DNA from: an uncultured Gemmatimonadales bacterium
GTDB lineage: Bacteria; Gemmatimonadota; Gemmatimonadetes; Gemmatimonadales; GWC2-71-9
Length of the DNA stretch: 64,000 nt
NCBI GenBank assembly: GCA_963842945.1
Contig: CAWJIM010000019.1
Coordinates: 608,001 to 672,000 of the forward strand
Reading direction: 5' to 3'
The translations under genes and the position numbers were made by a program. Below, piece by piece: positions 22,755 to 31,830 of the stretch. Below the pieces are notes generated by a model. It saw nothing but the letters and a program-made list of their open reading frames with translations, searched no databases and was not told the origin of the DNA. Numbering within the stretch: position 1 is the stretch's first letter; each line of letters starts with the position of its first letter.

Positions 22755-24004
22755 CCGCGCCGCTCGCCGCGGCCGAAGCGGCGCGCCGCATCCTCGAGGA
22801 CGTGCGGCGGCAGCCCGCGCTCCGGATGCCGCTGGACGACGCGCTCGACGCCGTGCTCGCCGAGGACATCGTCAGCCCGCTCGACATTCCCGCGTGGACC
22901 AATTCGGCGATGGACGGCTATGCCACGCGCGGCGACGACGTCCGCGGCGCGACCCAGGAGCGACCCGTCCGTCTTACCGTGGTCGAGCATCTCCCCGCCG
23001 GCCGATTTCCCACCAGGCCCATCGCGCCGGGCGAGTGCGCCCGCATCTTCACCGGCGCGCCGCTCCCCGAAGGCGCGGACACCGTGGTGCGGCAGGAGGA
23101 CACCGATCACGGCGCCGAGGTCGTCACCATCTTCAAGGACCGCGACGTCGGGGTGAACATCCGGCGCGCCGGCGAGGACATCCGGAAGGGCCGGACGGTG
23201 CTCCAGGCCGGGACCGAGCTCGGCCCCGCTCAGCTCGGCGTGCTCGCGTCGCTCGCGGTGGCGAGCCCGCTGGTGTACCGGCAACCCCGGGTCGCGATCC
23301 TCGGGAGCGGCGACGAGATCGTGGACGTGGATCAGCCCGAGGAGATCCTCAGCGGCCGCAAGACCGCCAGCAGCAACACGCACACCCTGCTCGCCATGGT
23401 ACGCCGCGCGGGCGCGGAGCCGGTGAATCTGGGCATTGCCCGGGACACGCCGGAGAGCCTGCGGGAACGGCTCACCCGGGCGCTCGACGCCGACCTGCTG
23501 GTGACCACGGCCGGGATCAGCGTCGGCGAGCACGACTACCTGCGGGCCGTGCTGGACGAGCTCGGCGCGGAGCAGCGGTTCTGGAAGCTCCGGATGCGGC
23601 CGGGCGCGCCGGTCGGGTTCGGGCTGCTCCAGGGCATTCCCTGGATCGGCTTGCCCGGGAACCCGGTGAGCACGATGGTGACCTTCGAGCTCTTCGTCCG
23701 GCCCGCGATCCGGAAGATGGCAGGCCACCCCCTGCCCTTCCGCCGGACCGTGCCGGTGCGCGTCGCCGAGCCGATCCACCTCAAGCCCCGGCTGCAGCAC
23801 TTCCTTCGCGCCGTGGTCGCCGACGGGCCCGATGTCCGGGAGGCGCGGCTCACCGGTCCTCAAGGCTCCGGCATTCTCACCTCCATGATCCTCGCCAACG
23901 CGCTCCTCATCGTGCCGGAGGGCCAGTTCGAGACCCCGGTCGGGGCCACCCTCCGGGCCCTCCTCCTCGACGACCCCGTCCACAGCGCCGACCCAGGGTT
24001 CTGA
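22751..24004 (+). CDS. moeA: Molybdopterin molybdotransferase
   Basis: SAMDGYA, IFTGAPLP, SGDE and GLPGNPVS motifs. Confidence 0.95.
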   Translation: MTAPLAAAEAARRILEDVRRQPALRMPLDDALDAVLAEDIVSPLDIPAWTNSAMDGYATRGDDVRGATQERPVRLTVVEHLPAGRFPTRPIAPGECARIFTGAPLPEGADTVVRQEDTDHGAEVVTIFKDRDVGVNIRRAGEDIRKGRTVLQAGTELGPAQLGVLASLAVASPLVYRQPRVAILGSGDEIVDVDQPEEILSGRKTASSNTHTLLAMVRRAGAEPVNLGIARDTPESLRERLTRALDADLLVTTAGISVGEHDYLRAVLDELGAEQRFWKLRMRPGAPVGFGLLQGIPWIGLPGNPVSTMVTFELFVRPAIRKMAGHPLPFRRTVPVRVAEPIHLKPRLQHFLRAVVADGPDVREARLTGPQGSGILTSMILANALLIVPEGQFETPVGATLRALLLDDPVHSADPGF

Positions 24005-24024
24005 CCCCGGGCGCACCACCCGGA

Positions 24025-24066
24025 TGAGATCGGGTTGAGATCGCGATGAACCCGTGCCGGTAGTCT
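24025..24066 (+). promoter_or_regulatory. Triple 11-bp-period direct repeat plus -10 element
   Basis: TGAGATC at 24025 and 24036, TGAA at 24047, TAGTCT at 24061. Confidence 0.65.
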
Positions 24067-24117
24067 GCTGACCATCGAAGCGGCACGACGGTCTCAAATC
24101 TCTCCGGGGGGTGCACC

Positions 24118-24777
24118 ATGAAGTCGATTGCTGTGCTCGGCATGGGGGTCATCGCGCTGACGGCGGGCGCGTTCATCACGGCGGGAGCGGCGCTGGGCAC
24201 CAGCGCCTCGTACTTCGAGGCCTCGGTCGAGGGCGGAATGAGCGCGCGCCCGGCCGGTGAGGTGGCGTTCGGGGTCGTGGGCGACAGCGGGACGGGGGTG
24301 TCGGCCTTCACCATCACGCTCGGCGGCGCGGACTCCTCGGGGGCGATTCTCTTCTCCAGCCTCGACGGCCGGATGCCGGCACCGGGGCGCTACGAGCTGA
24401 GCGACACGACGGTCGACGGCTTCCGGGCGATGTACATCGCCGGCAGCTCCGAGCGGCCCACCGGGCTGTATCGGGCGAAGCGCGGCACGCTGGAGATCAC
24501 CGCCTCGAGCGCGGAGCACATCAGCGGGCACTTCAGCTTCACCGGGGCCGGCTTCCTGGCCAGCGATCCGACCGACGAGGGCTCGGAGGTGAAGGTCGAC
24601 GGCGCCTTCATGTCCACTCACCGCGCCGGCCGCGCGGCCGGCTCAACCTTGAGTGAGGAGGAAGCAGCGGAGCGGGAGCCGCGACGGTACGGCGCCCGGT
24701 GGGCCGAGAGCCTGCCGGGCGCTCGTGTGTTTCGGGTGTGTTTCCGACGGGATGAGATCGAGGTGAGATCGAGGTGA
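24118..24777 (+). CDS. Secreted hypothetical beta-rich protein (C-terminal tail uncertain)
   Basis: Signal peptide; GTLEITASSAEHISGHFSF. Confidence 0.7.
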   Translation: MKSIAVLGMGVIALTAGAFITAGAALGTSASYFEASVEGGMSARPAGEVAFGVVGDSGTGVSAFTITLGGADSSGAILFSSLDGRMPAPGRYELSDTTVDGFRAMYIAGSSERPTGLYRAKRGTLEITASSAEHISGHFSFTGAGFLASDPTDEGSEVKVDGAFMSTHRAGRAAGSTLSEEEAAEREPRRYGARWAESLPGARVFRVCFRRDEIEVRSR

Positions 24778-24794
24778 AGCCCGGGTTCTATCGT
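24753..24794 (+). promoter_or_regulatory. Second copy of the triple direct repeat plus -10 element
   Basis: TGAGATC at 24753 and 24764, TGAA at 24775, TATCGT at 24789. Confidence 0.65.
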
Positions 24795-24844
24795 AGCTGC
24801 GTCGATCGGGGCTCACTGACTCACCACACTCGAGGAGGAACACG

Positions 24845-25315
24845 ATGCTCTCGCACTCGCTTCGCCGGCTCGCCGGCACCGCACTCACCGCGCTCGCTCT
24901 GGGGACCGCCGCCTGCGGCGGCGACAACAGCGGCTCGACCGGGCCCGAGCCCGCACCGGCCGACGTCAGCGGCACCTACGATCTCACCGGCCTTCGCACC
25001 CTTGGCAACCTGGGCGGCGGCGGCGCCGGCCTGCCGGTGACCTTCACCGACGGCGGCGGCTCGTCCCTGCGGTTCGAGAGCGGCTACCTGGAGCTCCTGG
25101 CCGATGGGAGCTACTACCTCGAGGTCGAGGCGGCGTTCAATGGCGGCAGCGTCACCATGTCGGACGAGGGGACCTACCAGATGGCCGGCAACGCCATCGA
25201 CTTCACCCCGACCGGCGACCCGGCTCGGATGCGTGACGGCGTCGTCAGCGGCAGCTCGATCACGGCGGAGACCCAGTTCGGCGGGATCCCCTTCGAGATC
25301 GATCTCCAGAAGTAG
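24845..25315 (+). CDS. Lipoprotein, lipocalin-like
   Basis: GAGGAG RBS, lipobox TAAC, VSGTYDL and DEGTY. Confidence 0.75.
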   Translation: MLSHSLRRLAGTALTALALGTAACGGDNSGSTGPEPAPADVSGTYDLTGLRTLGNLGGGGAGLPVTFTDGGGSSLRFESGYLELLADGSYYLEVEAAFNGGSVTMSDEGTYQMAGNAIDFTPTGDPARMRDGVVSGSSITAETQFGGIPFEIDLQK

Positions 25316-25323
25316 TGGGACCC

Positions 25324-25785
25324 ATGCACGGAGCGACCGATCCCATGAAAGCCGGGACTGTGGAGCACGCGACGGTGGTCGGTCGCTACGAGCTGGTGGG
25401 CGTCAATGGGGGACTGCTACCGGTCTCCCTCGACCAGGAGGCGAACGGGTCCGGAATGGTGGGATGCAGCGTCCTGAGCGGCGAGCTCCGCCTCGAGACC
25501 GACGGGACGTACGTTCTCGAGCTCATCGCCCGGTACGATCTGTCGGCGGGTGCCGGCGGCGTCCGCACCATCGCCAGCGGGGGCACCTGGCGATTCCTGC
25601 CTTCGGCACTCGACCGGACTTCGGGCGAGATTCGGCTCAGCTCAGGTGAGGGCCAGACCAGCGCCGCCGTGGCGGGCGTGTCCCTGGTCCACCGGATGCG
25701 GCCGGAACGGCGGTCGGGCGGCCAGGCACACTGGGTGTACATTCGGCGCGAGCTCCCTTATCTTCAGGCACAAGAAGGGGAGTAG
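25324..25785 (+). CDS. Hypothetical lipocalin-like protein (start uncertain)
   Basis: GRYELVGVNGGLLP..GELRLETDGTY..GTW resembles the upstream gene. Confidence 0.55.
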   Translation: MHGATDPMKAGTVEHATVVGRYELVGVNGGLLPVSLDQEANGSGMVGCSVLSGELRLETDGTYVLELIARYDLSAGAGGVRTIASGGTWRFLPSALDRTSGEIRLSSGEGQTSAAVAGVSLVHRMRPERRSGGQAHWVYIRRELPYLQAQEGE

Positions 25786-25787
25786 CT

Positions 25788-25937
25788 TATCCGCCGAGTG
25801 GCGGACCCCCGAATCGTCAGGACTGTCCGCCAAAGTGCGGGCACGGTTCGGAGGGGGAGCGGGGCGGCAGCGCCCGGCGTATCCAGAGCGAGACCTTCGT
25901 CCAACGCGCATGTCGCGGCAACGGACGGGGTCTCGCT
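25788..25937 (+). promoter_or_regulatory. Putative sigma54 promoter with two upstream activator palindromes
   Basis: TATCCG-N8-CGGACC, TGTCCG-N8-CGGGCA, and GG-N10-GC at 25923-25936. Confidence 0.4.
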
Positions 25938-25987
25938 CTTTTTTTCGCCCTCTCCGCCGCGGGATGCGTACGCATCTGGAGGAGCGT

Positions 25988-26824
25988 ATGAACAACGTGA
26001 AGACGTTCGTGCTGATGGGGGCCCTCGTGGCCCTGTTCGGGCTGGCCGGCCAGCTGCTCGGCGGCGCACAGGGACTGGTCTTCGCCCTGATCCTCGGCAG
26101 CCTGTTCAACTTCGTGATGTACTTCTTTTCCGACCGACTGGTGCTCCGGATGTACGGGGCCCAGGTCGTCACCGAAGCCCAGGCCCCGGAGCTGTATCGC
26201 ATGGTGGACCGGCTGCGCCAGCGAGCCGGGCTTCCCATGCCGGTGGTGGCGGTGGCGCCGCACGAGCAGCCCAACGCTTTCGCCACCGGCCGAAGTCCGA
26301 GCAAGGCCGTGGTCGCGGTCACGACCGGCATTCTCAAGTCGATGCCGCAGGAGGAGCTGGAGGGTGTGATCGCGCACGAGCTGGCGCACATCAAGAACCG
26401 CGACATGCTCATCGCCACCGTGGCCGCCGGCATCGCCGGCGCGCTCAGCAACCTGCCCTATCTCTTCCTGTTCGGTGGGGGGAGCGATGACGACGGCGGG
26501 CATCCGTTCGCCCAACTCGCGGTGATGCTGCTGGCGCCGATCGGGGCCATGATCATCCAGACGGCGGTCTCCCGGCAGCGGGAGTTCGAGGCCGACCGGG
26601 TGGGCGCCCTGATCCTGGGGCGGCCGCTGCCGCTGGCGCATGCGCTGGTGCGGCTCGACGCGATGGCGCATCGCATCCCGATGCAGGTGGCACCGGCGGC
26701 GGCGCCGCTGGCCCAGGTCAACCCGCTGGCAGCCTATCGCGGAGGGTTCGGCAAGCTGTTCAGTACCCATCCTCCCACGGAGCAGCGCGTCGCGCGGCTC
26801 GAAGCCATGGCCGCGGGCCGCTAG
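25988..26824 (+). CDS. htpX: Zinc metalloprotease HtpX
   Basis: PNAFATG, HELAH, SRQREFEAD and STHP motifs. Confidence 0.95.
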   Translation: MNNVKTFVLMGALVALFGLAGQLLGGAQGLVFALILGSLFNFVMYFFSDRLVLRMYGAQVVTEAQAPELYRMVDRLRQRAGLPMPVVAVAPHEQPNAFATGRSPSKAVVAVTTGILKSMPQEELEGVIAHELAHIKNRDMLIATVAAGIAGALSNLPYLFLFGGGSDDDGGHPFAQLAVMLLAPIGAMIIQTAVSRQREFEADRVGALILGRPLPLAHALVRLDAMAHRIPMQVAPAAAPLAQVNPLAAYRGGFGKLFSTHPPTEQRVARLEAMAAGR

Positions 26825-27763
26825 TTGTTCGGGCATCATGGTGCGGCGGTCTGGCTCGGCTTCACGGGCCTGGTCGCCGCTCTGCTCATTCTCGACCTGG
26901 GGGTCCTCAACCGCCGGTCGCACGTGCTGTCCTTCAAGGAGGCGCTGAGCTGGAGTCTCGGGCTCATCACCTTCGCCCATCTCTTCGGCCTGTTCATCCT
27001 CTGGCGGGAGGGCACCCAGCCTGCGCTGGAGTACTACACCGGCTACCTCATCGAGCTCTCCCTCAGCGTCGACAATCTCTTCGTCTTCATCCTCATCTTC
27101 TCCTACTTCGGCGTGTCGGCCGAGGCGCAGCCGAAGATCCTGAAATGGGGCATCCTGGGCGCGATCATCATGCGGTTCATCATGATCGCCCTGGGCGCCC
27201 TGCTGCTCGACCGATTCGAGTGGATCATCTATCTCTTCGGCGCGATCCTCATCGTGACCGGCATCCGGATGATGCGGCAGCAGGAGGAAGAGGTCGAGCT
27301 GGAGAAGAACCCGGTCGTCCGGCTGGCCCGGCGGATCCTGCCGTTCAGCAACTACTACGACGGCACCCGCTTCTTCACCCGCCGGAGGGACGGCGCGGTG
27401 CTGGCCACCCCGATGCTGCTGGTGCTCATCATCGTGGAGTGGTCGGACCTGGTGTTCGCGATCGACAGCATCCCCGCCATCTTCGCGATCACCCGCGACC
27501 CTTTCCTGGTCTACAGCTCCAACGTCTTCGCCATCCTCGGCCTCAGGGCCCTCTTCTTCGTCCTGGCCGGCATGATGGACAAGTTCGTCTACCTCAAGCC
27601 GGGCGTCGCCCTCATCCTCATCTTCGTCGGTCTCAAGATGACGCTGAGCCACTGGCTCCATGTGCCGACGCTGCTCTCGCTGGCCGTCATCGTGGTCACC
27701 CTCGCGGGAGCGGTGCTGTTGTCCCTGCGTCGGATCGCGCGGGAAGCGCGCCAGCCGGCGTAA
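26825..27763 (+). CDS. TerC/Alx-family membrane protein
   Basis: ELSLSVDNLFVF, DLVFAIDSIPA and SNVFAILGLR motifs. Confidence 0.93.
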   Translation: MFGHHGAAVWLGFTGLVAALLILDLGVLNRRSHVLSFKEALSWSLGLITFAHLFGLFILWREGTQPALEYYTGYLIELSLSVDNLFVFILIFSYFGVSAEAQPKILKWGILGAIIMRFIMIALGALLLDRFEWIIYLFGAILIVTGIRMMRQQEEEVELEKNPVVRLARRILPFSNYYDGTRFFTRRRDGAVLATPMLLVLIIVEWSDLVFAIDSIPAIFAITRDPFLVYSSNVFAILGLRALFFVLAGMMDKFVYLKPGVALILIFVGLKMTLSHWLHVPTLLSLAVIVVTLAGAVLLSLRRIAREARQPA

Positions 27764-29453
27764 CCGCGGCCCCGCCGCGGAGCTTTTCCAGCATCTGCCG
27801 GGCGTTCTCGTTGGCGGGGTCCAGCGCCAGCGCGCGCTCGTAGCTCCGCACCGCCTCGTCGTGTCTCCCCGCCTGCATGTAGGCCTCGCCCAGGCTGTCG
27901 AAGGCGTTGGAGGAGCCGGGGTGATCCGCCGAGTTCAGCTGAAGCACCGCGATGGCAGCCACGTGTCGCCCCTGCCGCAGCAGCTCGTACCCCAGCGCAT
28001 TGAGCTCGACCTCCGTATCGGTGTAGGCGTGGCGAGGGTCGGTCTTGTACGCGAGATGAAGCTTGAGCGCACCGGCGGAGTCGCCCGCCGCGAACGCATC
28101 GCGCATGCGCTCCGCGAGGGAGGGCTCCGGCTTCCAGGCCAGGATCTCGCGCATCGCCGGATCCACGTTGGCCCGGTAGTCGCGCGAGGTGAGCTCGGCC
28201 GCAACGTCCGGGCCCTTCCAGGGCCGGCTGTCGAGCGGGTGGGTCCGCTGCCAGTAGTAAATGGACGCGCGCACGGTGATGCCGCTGTTGGGCAGCGTGA
28301 TGCGACGGGAGTCGCCGTAGGAGTTGGGCTTTCCGGCCGTGGGCTCGCCGACGAAGACGGCGTCGGTGTACTCCTCGAGATCGTGCACCAGGAACTGGGC
28401 GGCGGAAAAGGTGCTCCGGCCGATGACGACGAACAGGTGCCCGGGCCCTTCCAGCCTGGGTGAGCGGATCAGGCTCAGCACCAGGGGCTGGTTGAGCGTG
28501 CCGTCCCCACCGCGGTTCAGCCGGAGGTCGAGCACCACGCGGTCCACGGGTGCGGAGTCCACGAACGCGCGCAACCGCCCCGCGAAATCGGCGACCGTCT
28601 CGTCGGGCGCGTCGCCCACCTTGTTGTACTGCACGTACGCGGTCCGGCTCTCGGGCAGGTAGTCGAGCCGCAGGGGGACCCGTGGGTCGCCGCGAAGCCA
28701 GATCGGGGTGCGCGGCCCGTCGGGGCCCCGCATGTCCACCCAGCCGTCCTCCTGCATCCAGCTCACGTCCGTGTCCGAGGGTAGCATCGGGGCGAGGCCC
28801 GAGGGGTGGAGCACCGTCACGACGCGGGTGCCGCCCTGCTCCAGGAGCAACGGCGCGGCGTCGGGCTCGTCGATCGCGCCGACGGCGTGCAGGACCTCGG
28901 GCATCGCGAGGAGGAAGGGCGCGAAGTAGCGGGCGTTCATCTCGTTGTCACGGCCGATCAGCTCCCGCACGGCGAGATAGGCCTCGTCGGCGGTGAGCCG
29001 GCCGATCCGGATCACCTTCGCGCCCACCAGATCGGTCACCGGTTTCGCGGCGCTGCGGATGAAGAGCCCGTCCTTGAAGAAGTAGAGCCGCACCGGATAG
29101 GTGTGGAACCCGATCTTGGGGTCCCGGGTGGGAGCGATGTTGGTGTGCCCGTCGCCCACCAGCGCGACCAACCGCGCCAGCTCGACGATCACCTGGTGGC
29201 GCGCGAGACCCGGCAGCTTGCGCTCGAGCGCGCCGAGCGCGCTGTCGAACTGCTGCCGGCTGATCGTATGGAAGAGGTTCTTATGCCGTCGCGGCAGCTC
29301 ACGCGCGAGATAGGCGAGGTCTTCGCGCCACTGGCGGACGGATGAGGAGTCGGAGGATGCCGCCGCTGCGGCGGCCTGGGGATCGGGGCGCGCGCCCTGA
29401 AGCGCGAGGGTGCCGACCAGCGCCAGTGCGATCGGAGAGAGCATGGGCCACAC
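27696..29453 (-). CDS. Secreted S41-like peptidase with C-terminal TPR
   Basis: Signal peptide; DGHT, DLRLNRGG, TFSAA, GEPT; TPR NAFDSLGEAY. Confidence 0.8.
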   Translation of the reverse strand: MWPMLSPIALALVGTLALQGARPDPQAAAAAASSDSSSVRQWREDLAYLARELPRRHKNLFHTISRQQFDSALGALERKLPGLARHQVIVELARLVALVGDGHTNIAPTRDPKIGFHTYPVRLYFFKDGLFIRSAAKPVTDLVGAKVIRIGRLTADEAYLAVRELIGRDNEMNARYFAPFLLAMPEVLHAVGAIDEPDAAPLLLEQGGTRVVTVLHPSGLAPMLPSDTDVSWMQEDGWVDMRGPDGPRTPIWLRGDPRVPLRLDYLPESRTAYVQYNKVGDAPDETVADFAGRLRAFVDSAPVDRVVLDLRLNRGGDGTLNQPLVLSLIRSPRLEGPGHLFVVIGRSTFSAAQFLVHDLEEYTDAVFVGEPTAGKPNSYGDSRRITLPNSGITVRASIYYWQRTHPLDSRPWKGPDVAAELTSRDYRANVDPAMREILAWKPEPSLAERMRDAFAAGDSAGALKLHLAYKTDPRHAYTDTEVELNALGYELLRQGRHVAAIAVLQLNSADHPGSSNAFDSLGEAYMQAGRHDEAVRSYERALALDPANENARQMLEKLRGGAAVTPAGALPARSDAGTTAPLPRG

Positions 29454-29556
29454 CCTGGTTCGAGTGAGGGAGGCCCGGCGGAGCGCCGGTACGTCTTGGA
29501 CTCGCGGCGCGCCGGAAAGGTTGCCTTGTCATCCGGCCGACCCGATCTTCTCCGCA

Positions 29557-30909
29557 ATGCCACGACCATCGCTGCTCGAACGGATGGGCCTGGGACGGCC
29601 GGAGCTTCGCGCCTGGGCGATGTACGACTGGGCGGCCTCGTCGGTCCAGACGACGATCATGGTCGCCGTGTTTCCGATCTATTTCGTGAAGGTGGCGGGC
29701 GCCGGCATCGCCGAGGGCGGCGCCACGCAGCGCCTCGCGACCATCAACTCGATCGCGCTCCTGATCATCGCGCTCGTCTCCCCGCTGCTCGGCGCCATAT
29801 CCGACTACCGGGCGGCCAAAAAGCGCTTTACGGCGATTTTCCTCGGCATCGGCGTGGTCGCGTGCTGCGGACTGTTTCTGGTCGGCACCGGTGACCTGGA
29901 TCTCGGCTCCTGGCTCTTCATCGCGATCATGGTGGGCGTGGCGGGGAGCTACGTCTTCTACGAGGCGCTGCTTCCTCACATCGCCGCGCCGCACGAGATC
30001 GACCGGGTCTCGGCCGCAGGGTACGCCGTGGGGTACCTGGGTGGGGGTCTGCTGCTGGCCCTCAACCTGGCCTGGATCCAGATGCCGGCGGCCTTCGGGC
30101 TGCCCTCAGGGGAGGGGCTGAGCGAAAGCGAGGCCACGCTTCCGGCGCGCCTGGCGTTCCTGTCGGTCGCGGTCTGGTGGGCGCTGTTCTCGATTCCGCT
30201 GTTCCGCAAGGTCCCCGAGCCGCCGGTGCGGATCGAGCCGGACGAGCGTCCGGGCGAGAGTCCGGTCCGGGTCGCCTTCGTGCGACTGGGGGAGACCTTT
30301 CGCGAGCTCCGGAGCTTCCGCCAGGCCTTCCTGATGCTGCTCGCCTTCCTGATCTACAACGACGGCATCCAGACCATCATCAAGATGGCGACGGCCTACG
30401 GGACCGAGATCGGCATCGACCAGAGCGCGCTCATCGGTGCGATTCTGCTGGTGCAGTTCGTGGGCATCCCCTGCACCTTCCTTTTCGGCACCGTGGCCGG
30501 ACGCATCGGGGCCAAGCGGGCGCTCTTCCTCGGCCTGCTGGCATACACCGTGATCAGCATCCTGGGCTACTACATGACCACGGCCACCCACTTCTACATC
30601 CTCGCGGGACTGGTGGGTGTGGTGCAGGGCGGCACCCAGGCGCTGAGCCGCAGCCTGTTCGCCAGCATGATTCCCCAGCACAAGTCGGGAGAGTTCTTCG
30701 GGTTCTTCAGCATCTTCGAGAAGTTCGCGGGGATCTTCGGCCCGCTGATCTTCGCGGGCACGATCGCGGTCACGGGGTCGAGCCGCAACGCGATCCTGTC
30801 GGTGATCGGATTCTTCGCCGTGGGCGCGGTGCTGCTGGCGCTGGTGAACGTGGAGGAGGGACAGCGGGCGGCGCGGGAGGTGGAGCGGGAGATGCGATTG
30901 TCACCCTGA
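29557..30909 (+). CDS. MFS transporter (UMF1/Atg22-like)
   Basis: [14 protein letters not shown] and QALSRS motifs. Confidence 0.9.
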   Translation: MPRPSLLERMGLGRPELRAWAMYDWAASSVQTTIMVAVFPIYFVKVAGAGIAEGGATQRLATINSIALLIIALVSPLLGAISDYRAAKKRFTAIFLGIGVVACCGLFLVGTGDLDLGSWLFIAIMVGVAGSYVFYEALLPHIAAPHEIDRVSAAGYAVGYLGGGLLLALNLAWIQMPAAFGLPSGEGLSESEATLPARLAFLSVAVWWALFSIPLFRKVPEPPVRIEPDERPGESPVRVAFVRLGETFRELRSFRQAFLMLLAFLIYNDGIQTIIKMATAYGTEIGIDQSALIGAILLVQFVGIPCTFLFGTVAGRIGAKRALFLGLLAYTVISILGYYMTTATHFYILAGLVGVVQGGTQALSRSLFASMIPQHKSGEFFGFFSIFEKFAGIFGPLIFAGTIAVTGSSRNAILSVIGFFAVGAVLLALVNVEEGQRAAREVEREMRLSP

Positions 30910-30965
30910 ACGAAGTGAAGGGGGCCATATCGAGCATGGCCCCCTTCGCTGCGCTCAGGGTGACA
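30899..30965. repeat. REP-like palindromic element, copy D, between convergent genes
   Basis: Near-identical to copy B. Confidence 0.9.
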
Positions 30966-31620
30966 ACCTTCTACGGTGACAGGTCCCTTCACGGACGGCT
31001 CCCCCACCTCCCCACAGCGCACGTCGATCGCCACGCGCACCGCCTTCCCCGGCACCACGGTATACGGCTGAGGGTTCCCGCCCACCACGTCGCAGAAGTC
31101 CGCCACGTCCTTGAGGGTGACCAGGTGCGCGCCGGGGGCGAGTCCCTCGTAGCTCTCCTCCGCGTTCACCTCGATCGCGCGCAGCGGCGTGCCCGCCACC
31201 GAGAGCTGGTAGCCATCGTCGTCCTGCGGTGTGCCGACGGTGGTGACCACGATGCGGAAGCCGCCGGTCTCCGGCACGCTGCACGCCACCGAGAAGCTGA
31301 TCTCGATGACGGCACCCCGAATGACGCGGACCGACCGGCTGTTGGGCGAGCCGCTGACCGCGCAGTTGTCGGCCAGAGCGAAGAGGTGGACGACATAGGT
31401 GCCCTCGGGCACCTCGTCGTAGACCGCGGATCCGTTGGGAGTGATCGAGAGGGGACGCTCGCCGTTCAAGGTGACGAGATATTCGTCGGACTGGGGCTCC
31501 GCGCCGCGGGTGGAGACGGTGACCAGGATGCGACCCTCGGCGGACGACTCCGTCGTACTCCCCGCAGCCGAGAAGGGCTGCGGCACCGGCCACGACCAGC
31601 GGGCCCAGGGCGCGCATCAT
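30955..31620 (-). CDS. Lipoprotein with two beta-sandwich repeats; apparent frameshifts
   Basis: Lipobox LLGC in one frame; duplicated VTxxTxG...Y...L....C.V.G repeat in another. Confidence 0.6.
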   Translation of the reverse strand: MMRALGPLVVAGAAALLGCGEYDGVVRRGSHPGHRLHPRRGAPVRRISRHLERRASPLDHSQRIRGLRRGARGHLCRPPLRSGRQLRGQRLAQQPVGPRHSGCRHRDQLLGGVQRAGDRRLPHRGHHRRHTAGRRWLPALGGGHAAARDRGERGGELRGTRPRRAPGHPQGRGGLLRRGGREPSAVYRGAGEGGARGDRRALWGGGGAVREGTCHRRRLSP

Positions 31621-31664
31621 AGCTCAGAGTTATGGGCCGCGCCCGACGGCGTCAAGCGCCCCAC

Positions 31665-31694
31665 TTGCCCGTTCCCCCGTCCCTCTCATACGTT
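31665..31694 (+). promoter_or_regulatory. Putative sigma70 promoter of the dap operon
   Basis: TTGCCC-N18-TACGTT, ending 7 nt before the leader ATG. Confidence 0.5.
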
Positions 31695-31700
31695 AGACGC

Positions 31701-31763
31701 ATGACTCCCTGCATGACCACCATGCTCAAGCGCCGCAGACGCGGCGGGCGCCGACCGGCCTAG
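31701..31763 (+). CDS. Putative attenuator leader peptide MTPCMTTMLKRRRRGGRRPA
   Basis: 20-aa ORF with 3 Met, 3 Thr and 1 Lys in the first 10 codons, followed by a hairpin. Confidence 0.7.
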   Translation: MTPCMTTMLKRRRRGGRRPA

Positions 31764-31792
31764 GGACGTCACGACCATCCTTCGACCTGGAA

Positions 31793-31829
31793 GCCCCGCC
31801 GTGCCAAGCGCAGGCGGGGCGTTTGCATT
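31793..31829 (+). terminator. Attenuator hairpin
   Basis: GCCCCGCC/GGCGGGGC stem followed by GTTTGCATT. Confidence 0.7.
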
Positions 31830-31830
31830 C

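Noticed and set aside
26790..26830. yybP-ykoY riboswitch before the TerC gene
   Set aside because: There is no intergenic space; the gene abuts htpX.
31695..31830. Lysine riboswitch or T-box before the dap operon
   Set aside because: The leader is short and lacks recognisable consensus; a leader peptide with alternative stems explains it better.
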